The notes below the pieces were generated by a model. The model did not search any database. It was not told the DNA's origin and saw only the letters and a list, made by a program, of their open reading frames with translations. Positions 27,597 to 36,822 of a stretch of DNA of 64,000 nucleotides are shown here, piece by piece. Position numbers and translations under genes: made by a program. Source of the stretch: an uncultured Gammaproteobacteria bacterium (lineage in GTDB: Bacteria; Patescibacteriota; Microgenomatia; UBA8517); NCBI GenBank assembly GCA_964489145.1, contig CAZAXL010000004.1, forward strand, positions 8,176-72,175, written 5' to 3'. Each line of letters opens with the position of its first letter. The first letter of the stretch is position 1.

Positions 27597-29702
27597 ATGG
27601 ATAAAATTTACGAACACCAGAAATATGAGGGCAAAATTTATAAAAAGTGGGAAGAATCCGACGCATTTACCCCAAAAATTTCAAAATTCAAAAAACCGTT
27701 CACTATAATAATGCCCCCTCCAAATGCCAATGATCCCCTTCACATAGGACATGTAAGGTTTGTTGCTGTCGAGGATACATTAATACGTTATCACAGAATG
27801 AAAGGAGATCCTGCTTTATGGCTTCCTGGAAGTGATCATGCCGGTGTAGAAACGCAGTATGTCTTTGAAAAAAAACTCAGAGAAAAGGGTCAAAGCCGTT
27901 TTGATTTTGACCGCGAAACTCTCTTCAAGATGATTTGGAACTACGTTCAGGAAAATACTGGTGTGATGGAGGCACAGCTCAAAAAATTGGGTGCTTCCTG
28001 TGATTGGACAAAGTCCAGGTTTACACTTAATCCGGAAATAATAAAAATAGTTTATAAGACATTCAAAAAACTTGCAGATGACGGACTGGTTTATAGAGAT
28101 AAAAAACTTGTGAATTATTGCACCCATTGCGGCACCGCTTATTCCAATCTTGAAGTGGATTACATTGAAAGGAAGGATCCCCTTTATTATATGAAGTACG
28201 GGCCTTTTACTTTAGCTACCGTCAGGCCCGAAACAAAATTTGGCGACACTGCGGTTGCAGTGCACCCGGATGACATTAGATACAAAAAGTATGTTGGAAA
28301 AACTATCACAGTAAAGGGACTCATCGGAGATTTCAAAGTCAAAGTCATAGCCGACAGACTGGTTGATTCAACCTTTGGAACCGGTGTTGTAAAAGTAACC
28401 CCCGCACACGACTTTAACGACTTTGAGATGGGGGGAAGACACGGTCTTGAAATCAAACAGGTAATTGGTCTTGATGGAAAACTGAATGAACTTACAGGCA
28501 AATATCAGGGTTTGTATGTCAACCAAGCCAGGAAACAAATTGTGGAAGATCTGGAAAAGACAGGTCTTTTGGTTAAAGTTGATAACGAATACACACACAA
28601 CGTCGGCATTTGCTACAGGTGCAAAAACACCATAGAACCAATGATTATGGAACAATGGTTCCTGAAAGTTGCTCCGTTAACAAAACTGGCTATAGCTGCA
28701 ATCGATAAGGGCGATGTTAAATTTGCCGCAAAGAAATTTGAAAAGATTGCTCTTCATTGGCTTAAAAATCTTAAAGACTGGAATATTAGCCGCCAGATCG
28801 TATGGGGAATAAGAATTCCTGCCTACCGATGCGATAAATGCCTTGAATGGACAATTACGGACGGACCCGCTCCCGAAAAATGCGAGTCATGCGGACACAC
28901 CAAACTAACTCAAGACCTGGATACATTTGATACGTGGTTTTCCTCGGGACAATGGCCATACGCTACTTTGCTAAGTAGCTCAAATTCAGAATTGAGAATT
29001 AAAAATGAAAAATTTGCGGACGATAACAAAAAATCGGACTTTAACATTTTTTATCCGACCAGTGTTATGGAAACGGCCTACGACATTCTTCCTTTCTGGG
29101 TTATAAGAATGATTATGCTTGGAGCCTATATGACCGGAAAAGTTCCCTTTAGAGAAGTTCTTATCCATGGGCTCGTTAGAGATAAAGAAGGTCAAAAAAT
29201 CAGTAAGTCCAAGGGAAACGTGATTAACCCCATTGAAATGGTTGAAAAATATGGCGCGGACGCGCTTCGCATGGGTCTACTTTGGGGTGCCCTTGTGGAA
29301 AACGATATTTCTCTATCGGAGGAGAATATTAATGCCCAAAGAAAATTTTGCAATAAAATATGGAACGCCTCCCGATTTGTTTCCCAATTTAGCGATGAGG
29401 CTAAATTTAATAAATCGTTTGATAAACATCTAAAAGAAGTCACCAAAAACGTTACAAAACGTCTTGAAAAATACCAGCTAAGTCAAGCTGCGGAACTTCT
29501 TTATTCAGAATTCTGGCATTGGTTTTGCGACGAGTGTATAGAAAACTCCAAAAAAGGAGAGATTGGCGCAAAACAACTTAAAGAAGGTCTACTTATATTT
29601 ATAAAATTACTTCATCCTTTTATGCCATTTGTAACAGAACAAATTTGGAGTGAAATTGGTGAAGACGGACTTCTAATTACCTCTCCCTGGCCGAAAGCTT
29701 AA
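27597..29702 (+). CDS. valS: Valine--tRNA ligase (appears to lack the C-terminal coiled-coil arm)
   Basis: PPPN..LHIGH, GSDHAG, ATVRPET, VTPAHDFND, WNISRQ, DTWFSS, KISKSKGN. Start at MDKIY. Confidence 0.96.
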   Translation: MDKIYEHQKYEGKIYKKWEESDAFTPKISKFKKPFTIIMPPPNANDPLHIGHVRFVAVEDTLIRYHRMKGDPALWLPGSDHAGVETQYVFEKKLREKGQSRFDFDRETLFKMIWNYVQENTGVMEAQLKKLGASCDWTKSRFTLNPEIIKIVYKTFKKLADDGLVYRDKKLVNYCTHCGTAYSNLEVDYIERKDPLYYMKYGPFTLATVRPETKFGDTAVAVHPDDIRYKKYVGKTITVKGLIGDFKVKVIADRLVDSTFGTGVVKVTPAHDFNDFEMGGRHGLEIKQVIGLDGKLNELTGKYQGLYVNQARKQIVEDLEKTGLLVKVDNEYTHNVGICYRCKNTIEPMIMEQWFLKVAPLTKLAIAAIDKGDVKFAAKKFEKIALHWLKNLKDWNISRQIVWGIRIPAYRCDKCLEWTITDGPAPEKCESCGHTKLTQDLDTFDTWFSSGQWPYATLLSSSNSELRIKNEKFADDNKKSDFNIFYPTSVMETAYDILPFWVIRMIMLGAYMTGKVPFREVLIHGLVRDKEGQKISKSKGNVINPIEMVEKYGADALRMGLLWGALVENDISLSEENINAQRKFCNKIWNASRFVSQFSDEAKFNKSFDKHLKEVTKNVTKRLEKYQLSQAAELLYSEFWHWFCDECIENSKKGEIGAKQLKEGLLIFIKLLHPFMPFVTEQIWSEIGEDGLLITSPWPKA

Positions 29703-30595
29703 GGCTTGGCTGTTGCCGATGGTGAACTCGCAGGACTCGCCATCTGTGTGGCTTCTACAAATTTAAAAGTGGAGACCATTTGATCAAATGTGGTCTTATA
29801 CTTCTGTAGATTTTCTTCAGTGAGGACACTAAGGCTTAATCGATATACAATACCTTCTTTTATCCAAACCGCTTCATATGTATAGGCTGGCGCTCCTGCA
29901 AAGTTTGGCGGAATCCCTTGGTAATAGGTGGCGCCCATTACATCACCAGACTTGATATTCGTAAGTTTTGTAACAGCAGACTGGGTAATAGATTCGTTGA
30001 CCTTCAGATTTATTATTTTGTTGTAGAAGTCGGTCATGACAGCACCTGGGTTAGAAAACGACATATTTAACCATATTCCGTCTAGTCCCAATTCAAGCGG
30101 CGCACCCACATTAATTTTATTTGACCAAAATTGTGCATCCTGTTGTGGGTTACTTTGATAGACAAACACTTCAGATGGGTATTTAAATAAGATGCCAGCT
30201 TGAGTATTTGTATATGTCTTCCAATTTACAGTTGGATCAGGAGTTGGTGAAGCAGTAACTATCGCAATGGGTGTTGGGGTTGGTGTCGTACCGGAACCAC
30301 TAAAATATTTTAACCACAACAAATAACCGCCGGCAGCAAGAACCGCAATTAACATTAATATTATTGCAACAATCAGAATTGGAGAGCTTTTCTTTGCAGG
30401 TTCTGGAGAGTTTGGCATGGTTGGTGTTTGTGGTGCGACAGGAGTGCTGGGAACATCTGAGTTGTCTTGTATCTGAACAGGAGGAACAAAAGTCTCCTTG
30501 GGAGTTATAGGTTCAGTCACCAAACTTTGGGGTATTTGTTCCGATGGCTGGGGTGGATTATTTTCCCCTTGTGGTATCGAAGTATTTGGGTCCAT
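29699..30595 (-). CDS. Membrane-anchored protein with Pro-rich N-terminus and PsbP-like extracellular domain
   Basis: Pro-rich N-terminus, one TM, PTPTP linker, NWKTYTN..FKYP...FDQMVSTFKF pattern. Confidence 0.65.
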   Translation of the reverse strand: MDPNTSIPQGENNPPQPSEQIPQSLVTEPITPKETFVPPVQIQDNSDVPSTPVAPQTPTMPNSPEPAKKSSPILIVAIILMLIAVLAAGGYLLWLKYFSGSGTTPTPTPIAIVTASPTPDPTVNWKTYTNTQAGILFKYPSEVFVYQSNPQQDAQFWSNKINVGAPLELGLDGIWLNMSFSNPGAVMTDFYNKIINLKVNESITQSAVTKLTNIKSGDVMGATYYQGIPPNFAGAPAYTYEAVWIKEGIVYRLSLSVLTEENLQKYKTTFDQMVSTFKFVEATQMASPASSPSATAKP

Positions 30596-30610
30596 AATTT
30601 AGAGTAACAC

Positions 30611-30877
30611 ATGAATAAGGTTAAGGTCAATAAAAACACCACGTACCTAATTCTTATTGTTAGCGCTTTTATATTGCTACTTCTTAGCATGGTCAACATT
30701 AAAACAATTTCTACAAACAAAGAAGTTCTTGGCATCAAAACTCAAACCGAATCCGATGAAAAATTTTGGGATGATTTTTTAATAAATAATCCAAACTATA
30801 TTCCCGGTTGGATTGAAATAGGTAAGTTTGAAAAAGCCGCTTCCATTAATCCAAACTTTGAAGGTTTAAACAGATAA
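30611..30877 (+). CDS. Small membrane-anchored hypothetical protein
   Basis: TM helix, EVLG, NPNY..GW motif; fills the intergenic gap. Confidence 0.6.
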   Translation: MNKVKVNKNTTYLILIVSAFILLLLSMVNIKTISTNKEVLGIKTQTESDEKFWDDFLINNPNYIPGWIEIGKFEKAASINPNFEGLNR

Positions 30878-30879
30878 AT

Positions 30880-31563
30880 TTATTCTTTAGGAGCTTCTGT
30901 TGGGTTTTCTCCACCCTCGACCGGCTGTGCTTCGCCCGTTCCTTCGGCTGCACCCTCAGCAGGAGCTTCCCCTTCGGCCGGAGCCGGAGCTTCTACCACT
31001 TCTTCTTTTTGAGGAGGTTCAACCTTGGCAACAATTTCTTCAGCATCAGTTTTAACCTCCACCTTAGATTTGTCGTATTTTAGATCCTTAACCATTATTG
31101 CCTGATCTACTTCAGAAAGAACACTGATATCCACCGTAAATTTCTCAGGTAAGTCTGCGGGCAGTGCTTCGACTTTAATTTCATTGAGATGCTGAACCAC
31201 AGTACCGATCGACTGTTTTTCTGCGGGAGATTCACCGGTCAGTTCGACGGGAATATCTGCTTCTACTTTTTCCTTAAGATCAACCTGCAAAAAATCTACG
31301 TGAACAGGCTCATCTGTGATTGGATGAATTTGAAGATTATGTATAAGAACAGGTCTTTCTTCGCTTCCCAAGGTAAGAGTAAGAAGGCCCGTCTCCCCCG
31401 CCTCTTTGTATATTTTCTCGAAATCTTTTAAATCGACCTGAACGGCCTGTGATTTAACTTTTTTTCCATAAACGTTTCCGGGTATTATTCCTTTTTTACG
31501 AAGATTTTTAACCTTTCTTCCCTCAACCGTTCTTTTATCTGCTTTAAGTATTGTTTTCGGCAT
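30880..31563 (-). CDS. rplY: 50S ribosomal protein bL25 (Ctc form)
   Basis: LRKKGIIPGNVYG, QIHPIT, HVDF, LPADLPE. Confidence 0.95.
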   Translation of the reverse strand: MPKTILKADKRTVEGRKVKNLRKKGIIPGNVYGKKVKSQAVQVDLKDFEKIYKEAGETGLLTLTLGSEERPVLIHNLQIHPITDEPVHVDFLQVDLKEKVEADIPVELTGESPAEKQSIGTVVQHLNEIKVEALPADLPEKFTVDISVLSEVDQAIMVKDLKYDKSKVEVKTDAEEIVAKVEPPQKEEVVEAPAPAEGEAPAEGAAEGTGEAQPVEGGENPTEAPKE

Positions 31564-31565
31564 TT

Positions 31566-34223
31566 TTAAAATAATATTCGCGTAAACAAATCGCGAACCA
31601 ATGTTGCATTATAGCAGTATTCATACCCACCCTGCAACGGCGCGTTACGGGGAGTCTTTGAGCACTGGGAAGCAAAGACCGGGTTCGATCCCAAAACCTT
31701 GACGGGGGTAGTTACTTTTATGCTAACCGGAAAGCCATCTATCCCGGCTTGTTTCCTGAAGTAAAAACCATACTGGTTCAAAACACTGTCTGTTTTGTTG
31801 GTCCAAGAAAATATCAACTTTTTACTCTCTCCTCCTAATACTTCAGTTATTATGCCAATTTCTTTACGGCCCTTTGAATCAGTAATCTCGGGTGTCAGTA
31901 CCTGATAGTTTTGGCCGAATGTGCTGGTCACGTTTATGTTGGTGGAATTTTCAGGAACCAAAAGCCTGACATAAGATTTGTATCTTCCCGAAGCACCAAG
32001 GTCCGTATTTGCAGAGTTTTGTAAAGTTAATGTCAGGGTTTTGTTGATTTCTCCTCCTTTGATATTTATGTCAACTTCAGCACTTCTCTTAACAAAATAG
32101 TTTGATTTATTAACACCAACGTTTGCCTCGACAATGCCAGCCAGATCGGAAAAACAATCCCCATCACAACTCGGGATAAACACCGCCCCATCCCAATTAA
32201 GCGCACTTATTGATTTTTGAACATCTGTGGCATGTAAAAATAACTGCACGTGTCTTTGGTCTAAACTTTCATAAATTAACTTTAGAACGGATATTTTCTG
32301 TGATGATGATAAATTTCCGATTTCATCAAGTATGGTTCTTGAAAGGGCTGTCAAAAAACTGGCTTTTTTGTGAGTACCGGGGAAGAAATTATCCTGAACT
32401 TCTGATTGGACTTTTTCATACAAGTTGTCTGATGTTATATCCATATTATAATCGGATAAAAATATTGAACCGCTTACTTCCAGAAAATCTTTAATCGGAT
32501 ACAGGTCGATAGAGACAACCCCGTCCACCCGTTTATCCATTTCTTTATCCAAAAACCACTCGGCTCGCTTCGCGGACGTTGGAAAATCCGGATCCCAGTT
32601 TGAATCTCTAAGCCACCAATTTGCCTCACCCAAATATTGTTTAATTGGTGCCGGCGGCTCAACGTGGCCATTAAGTTGTCCGTCAGCCGAATAAACATCA
32701 CTAATTGCAAAGTCTGAAAGTCTGCCGTTGTCAAAAGTCAAAAGTCCGTAAGAACCTATGAAGCCTCCTGTAGGACGAAGCTCCATATTATTTTCAAAAA
32801 GGACCAAGTATGTTTTACTTTTTTCGCTGCCTAAAATATCCGGCAGTTTCTCTACAATAATCGTCATTTGGGAAACCAGATTTTTATAAGTTTCAAAATC
32901 TATTTTGGACAAAACCATTTTTGCAACAATCGACCCCTCCCCTTTGCCTGTTATTGTTTTTTCTTCAAGGGTTAAAATACTGGTATAAATTTGGCCAAGT
33001 TCCCCATCTGAATCGCTAAGAACACCGGCCACTGAATATGGTGAATTTCCAAGCATACTGCTAAAAAGCGTTTTCCCTTTCTTAATAAGAGGTATTGCGT
33101 TTATTGCCACATCGGAAGTGTTTTTAAATACATATGATGTATATTCGGTTTCTTTGTAAATTTGCCCTATAAGGGGTATGTATTTTAAGACTTTGCTTTC
33201 ATACAGTCCCACATTAGAAACAATTTTGTTTGAATAAAACAGATTTAGAGCAATATCATCACGTCCAGCCCTAAACTCGCGGTATGCAAAGTAGGTTAAC
33301 ACTCCACTAACAATTAGGTTTAATATCGGCAGCAAAAAGACAATTAAAAATGGTAATAAAATTATTTTCATTCTTTTTCCGGAAGGTTTTCCAATAATTT
33401 GTTTGTTGGTTTTTTTTAATGGTGAATTTTTCTGTCTTACATATTTTAAGGGTCTGGAACTAATCCATCTATACGTTTCTGTCAGTGAGTAATTAACATC
33501 TCTATTCATCCTGGATATCTCTATGTTCCTTGGTAATTTATCGGTTGGGGCATTAGGAAGAGAGATGTATTTTACGTCTCCCACCAATTTAGTATTAATT
33601 TGCCAAAATACATTAGAGGAGATTTCTGTCCCCAACAGTAGAATTTCTTTGCCGTAGGGACCAAAAGCAAAAAGCCACTTAACAATCTGTTTTGCCGCAT
33701 CACTGGCAAAGACCGGATAAAAAAGCTCCCCCACTGGCATTGAAACAGACCTTTCTCCTATTATGTCGTTTAGATAACGGGGTAATTTAAGATTACTTGC
33801 CAGGTCAATTCTAGGACCTAAAAGATCACCCACATAAATTATCCCTGCGTTGTCCGGGATTTGTAACCCTTCGACACCTAACACTCCATATATTTCTTTG
33901 GGTAGAATTACAAACGTCTTAGTGTTTTTAAAATTTACAGTCTTCAAAAACTTTTTTATATCATCCTCTGCTGTTGCCTTGTTTAAAAAACCTGAACAAA
34001 AAAATGTATAACCGTAGACCACATTTTTTTGAAAGGTGTCGTATGCGCCAATACTAAACTTATTTCTTACGACAATGTGAGACGTCTTCTCTGCCCAACC
34101 TTTTACATCGGAGGTCACCACATTTACAAAACAATTGTTTGCCAGAAGATTTTCTAATATATATATCGACAGGAAGTTTGGCTCTGAGTAAAGGAGAACT
34201 AACGATTTGCCATCAGGGTTCAT
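31566..34223 (-). CDS. DUF4012-domain membrane protein with a degenerate N-terminal Rossmann-like region
   Basis: YLVLFENNMELRPTGGFIGS, LRDSNWDPDFP, DGVVSID, ANVGVNKSN, RKQAG. Confidence 0.82.
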   Translation of the reverse strand: MNPDGKSLVLLYSEPNFLSIYILENLLANNCFVNVVTSDVKGWAEKTSHIVVRNKFSIGAYDTFQKNVVYGYTFFCSGFLNKATAEDDIKKFLKTVNFKNTKTFVILPKEIYGVLGVEGLQIPDNAGIIYVGDLLGPRIDLASNLKLPRYLNDIIGERSVSMPVGELFYPVFASDAAKQIVKWLFAFGPYGKEILLLGTEISSNVFWQINTKLVGDVKYISLPNAPTDKLPRNIEISRMNRDVNYSLTETYRWISSRPLKYVRQKNSPLKKTNKQIIGKPSGKRMKIILLPFLIVFLLPILNLIVSGVLTYFAYREFRAGRDDIALNLFYSNKIVSNVGLYESKVLKYIPLIGQIYKETEYTSYVFKNTSDVAINAIPLIKKGKTLFSSMLGNSPYSVAGVLSDSDGELGQIYTSILTLEEKTITGKGEGSIVAKMVLSKIDFETYKNLVSQMTIIVEKLPDILGSEKSKTYLVLFENNMELRPTGGFIGSYGLLTFDNGRLSDFAISDVYSADGQLNGHVEPPAPIKQYLGEANWWLRDSNWDPDFPTSAKRAEWFLDKEMDKRVDGVVSIDLYPIKDFLEVSGSIFLSDYNMDITSDNLYEKVQSEVQDNFFPGTHKKASFLTALSRTILDEIGNLSSSQKISVLKLIYESLDQRHVQLFLHATDVQKSISALNWDGAVFIPSCDGDCFSDLAGIVEANVGVNKSNYFVKRSAEVDINIKGGEINKTLTLTLQNSANTDLGASGRYKSYVRLLVPENSTNINVTSTFGQNYQVLTPEITDSKGRKEIGIITEVLGGESKKLIFSWTNKTDSVLNQYGFYFRKQAGIDGFPVSIKVTTPVKVLGSNPVFASQCSKTPRNAPLQGGYEYCYNATLVRDLFTRILF
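31608..31637 (-). promoter_or_regulatory. Probable rplY promoter inside the upstream coding sequence
   Basis: Minus strand TTGCAG-N18-TATAAT with extended -10 TGcTATAAT, 45 nt before rplY. Confidence 0.55.
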
Positions 34224-34362
34224 GTTAATTAATATTTTACCGCAACTCCTTATTTTTTATTTAGTTAAAATGCTGCAGGAAAATTAGTTTTCAAGTTGGT
34301 AAAAATTATTAAAACTTGAGTCTCACTCGGAACGTGAAATTTTCACAGAAAATATCCCGAAA

Positions 34363-34785
34363 TTAAAAATGTTTGTCTAGTTCCTCATTTACCAAGAAGT
34401 CTGCGACTTTATTTTGCTCGCGGGGTATGTGTTTAAAAAATATTTTTTTATCTAATTCTCTAAATATTTTTCTAACCGACAAATTCAAAATCTGCAACTC
34501 CGGCTTTTTAATTTTATAAACGCCGTTCAGCTGTTTAACAACCAGTTCGGAATCCAGAAAAAAAATGACATCATTTTCTTTTAATGTGTGTTTACTCTTC
34601 AACAACCAGTCAAGAGCAAGAAGAACCCCTTCATATTCTGCAACATTATTTGTGTTGGTATTTAAAAATTTTGATTGTTTCTCTAAAACTTTACCTTTCA
34701 ACTCTGCAACGAAAGCACATGCCGCGAGTCCAGGATTTCCTCTTGATCCCCCATCTGTATGAATGGTTATTGCATCATTTTGCAT
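34363..34785 (-). CDS. rnhA: Ribonuclease HI family protein
   Basis: TDGGSRGNPG, TNNVAEY, DSELVVKQLNG, HIPREQNKVADFL. Confidence 0.92.
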   Translation of the reverse strand: MQNDAITIHTDGGSRGNPGLAACAFVAELKGKVLEKQSKFLNTNTNNVAEYEGVLLALDWLLKSKHTLKENDVIFFLDSELVVKQLNGVYKIKKPELQILNLSVRKIFRELDKKIFFKHIPREQNKVADFLVNEELDKHF

Positions 34786-34794
34786 GCAATAAGT

Positions 34795-34975
34795 TTACCA
34801 CGAGACTTTCGTTTCGTTGAGTGGCAAGCTCTGCTTACCACGAAGCTGTGTTTTAGCCGAGTGGCAAGCTCTGCTTACTTTGAGTTTACGATAAGCAAGC
34901 TCTGCTTTCTTTGGATTTACCACAAGCAAGCTCTGCTTACTTTGAGTTTACGATAAGCAAGCTCTGCTTACCACA
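34795..34975. repeat. REP-like palindromic repeat cluster (5 x GCAAGCTCTGCTT)
   Basis: Cores start at 34824, 34864, 34895, 34926 and 34957 (spacing 40, 31, 31, 31); hairpin TAAGCA-AGCTC-TGCTTA; the linkers after copies 2 and 4 are identical. Confidence 0.85.
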
Positions 34976-34978
34976 AAA

Positions 34979-36364
34979 TTATATTTTTTCTCTGGAAGAA
35001 ATTCCCAAGAAAAGAGATAAAAGAAGCATGTTTTGCTGAATAGTAAACCAGTAGTGGTCAAAAAGTCCCGTCGTCAAAACGAAAAATATTATTAAAATCC
35101 CCCAGATGTTTTTCGTTTTAATATTTCTAACGAAATATAGCGAAATAAAATAATAAAGAAGGAGGATGCCGAGAATTCCTATCTCCGTAATAAGAAGTAA
35201 ATAAATATTATGGACAGGCTGCAGTAACCAAACGCCGGAGGAGGTGCCTGCATAAGAAATTTCATTAATAACAAAATTATTTAAACCAACCCCTGTTATC
35301 CAACTTCCGGAGAATATTTTCCCTGCAATATCAGCCAGTTCCAACCTTTCACTAAAGCTTTGCGAAAAGGTAATTCTACTCTCAAGTATTGATCCGGAAA
35401 AAACACTAAAGTAAAAACTTAACAAAAAAAATAAAATTATAAATAAATTAAACCCTTTAACATTAAAGATATGCTTTTTAAAAGCAAAATATGAAGCTCC
35501 CCAACCTAACGGTCGGGGTATCTTCTCCCAGCGCTTCGTCGGGAGCGGAATCCCTCCGAAGCGAACTCCACTTCGCTGCACCCACAGAGGCTTTAAGCCC
35601 GGGGTATTCGCGAAGGGGGATAAAAACAGACAAAAGGAAAGTCCAACAAAAGCAGATAATGAGAATGTTAAAACAAAAGCCGACAGTATTACCAGTAGCC
35701 CAAAAAATCTATAGATATTAATATTTTTCAAATAGTTAAAATATAGAAAAATTAGTGATGCTCCCAAAAATCCAGCAAACGAGTTTGGGTGAGAAAATGT
35801 CGAATAAATCCGAAGACGGTTATCTCCAAACAAATTAACAAGAGCAATGCCGGGAGTGAAAATTGTAAAAGATCTTTCTCCCAATAGATATAAAATGTTA
35901 CCCAGTGTTCTCCCTCTGAAAAACTGCAACACCCCGATAAACGAAAAAAATATTAACGAATAAAACAATGTCGTAGAAACATTCCTGATGTTAAACCTGT
36001 CTTCTCTGTTTTTGACATAATACCCAAGCGCTATAAACTCAATAATTTTCAGCCATTTAATAAACGACACATAAAAAACAGATGAAAAAAATAAATTAAA
36101 GACAATGAGCCCGGAAAGAGATAGCAGTAAATATTTATATTTTTTGATGTCAGATATGGCTTTTATTCTTTTTCTAATAATCCATGGCACAAAAAGACTA
36201 ATAAATAAAAGGTCCGTTAAATATATTGTTGGTGAAAGATAATCAACACGTATGCCGAATACAAATGCAAAGTTTGGCCAAAAATGAAGAGCTAATTGTG
36301 TCGGAAAAAGAAAAATTAAAAGAAGATTTAAATATTTATCAAGAAGTTTTGATTTAAGAATCAC
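34979..36364 (-). CDS. O-antigen ligase (WaaL/Wzy_C)-like membrane protein carrying an in-frame insertion
   Basis: LRIYSTFSHPNSFAG, ERLEL, GVGLNNF, QPVHNIYL..TEIGILG, FDHYWFT; interrupted by a 43-codon GC-rich insert. Confidence 0.82.
   Translation of the reverse strand: MILKSKLLDKYLNLLLIFLFPTQLALHFWPNFAFVFGIRVDYLSPTIYLTDLLFISLFVPWIIRKRIKAISDIKKYKYLLLSLSGLIVFNLFFSSVFYVSFIKWLKIIEFIALGYYVKNREDRFNIRNVSTTLFYSLIFFSFIGVLQFFRGRTLGNILYLLGERSFTIFTPGIALVNLFGDNRLRIYSTFSHPNSFAGFLGASLIFLYFNYLKNINIYRFFGLLVILSAFVLTFSLSAFVGLSFCLFLSPFANTPGLKPLWVQRSGVRFGGIPLPTKRWEKIPRPLGWGASYFAFKKHIFNVKGFNLFIILFFLLSFYFSVFSGSILESRITFSQSFSERLELADIAGKIFSGSWITGVGLNNFVINEISYAGTSSGVWLLQPVHNIYLLLITEIGILGILLLYYFISLYFVRNIKTKNIWGILIIFFVLTTGLFDHYWFTIQQNMLLLSLFLGISSREKI
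35491..35619 (-). mobile_element. 129-bp non-autonomous IS200/IS605-like miniature element (MITE/PATE-like)
   Basis: GC-rich hairpin block in an AT-rich gene. Hairpins: CCCCAACC-TAAC-GGTCGGGG, CGCTTCG..CGAAGCG, CTTCGC..GCGAAG enclosing GGC-TTTAA-GCC. On the minus strand it follows TTTAT and ends TTCAT. Removing it restores ...SFCLFLYFAF... Confidence 0.75.
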
Positions 36365-36822
36365 TTTTTAGGACTGATAATTAAGAATCTATCTTCTCCT
36401 TCGCCCTCAGAAATAGTCTCCACATCTTTATTGTCAGCAAGAACCATGTGGACGATTCTTCTTTGCCAGGCTTTCAAATTGTAAAGGTTTTGAGCGGTTC
36501 CTGTCTCAATTGCTCTTTGTGCGGTTGTAGTAGCCAAATCTTTAAGATACTCTTCCTCTTTTTGTCTATAATCCCCCACGTTGACAACAATTTTTGACCA
36601 CTCCCCTGTCTTTTGTTTAAAAAGAACCGACAAAATATTTTGAATACTTAAAAGTGTTTCCCCCCTTTTGCCAATCAGAAGGCCTGTGGCATCTCCTGCA
36701 TCAATTTCCACAGTAAAAACTTCATCACTCTCGTTGAAGCTAACCGAGGACTTAACATCGGTTGCCATTAAAGAAAAAAGTTCATTCACAAGTTCTTTTA
36801 ATATTTCGGTTTTCTCTTTCAT
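36361..36822 (-). CDS. jag: RNA-binding protein Jag/KhpB (KH + R3H)
   Basis: LLIGKRGETL (KH), QRRIVH (R3H), SEGEGEDR; position next to yidC. Confidence 0.9.
   Translation of the reverse strand: MKEKTEILKELVNELFSLMATDVKSSVSFNESDEVFTVEIDAGDATGLLIGKRGETLLSIQNILSVLFKQKTGEWSKIVVNVGDYRQKEEEYLKDLATTTAQRAIETGTAQNLYNLKAWQRRIVHMVLADNKDVETISEGEGEDRFLIISPKK

Noticed and set aside
34329-34347. parS or Rex site at GTGAAATTTTCAC
   Set aside because: Spacing and flanks match neither consensus; a short AT-rich palindrome could be chance.
34795-34975. CRISPR array
   Set aside because: The repeat core is only 13-17 bp, the linkers are short and two are identical, and there are no cas genes. It fits REP-like repeats better.
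35491-35721. 76-aa plus-strand ORF (MKLPNLTVGVS...)
   Set aside because: It starts exactly at the end of the inserted element and runs antisense to the ligase gene; a by-product of the insertion.
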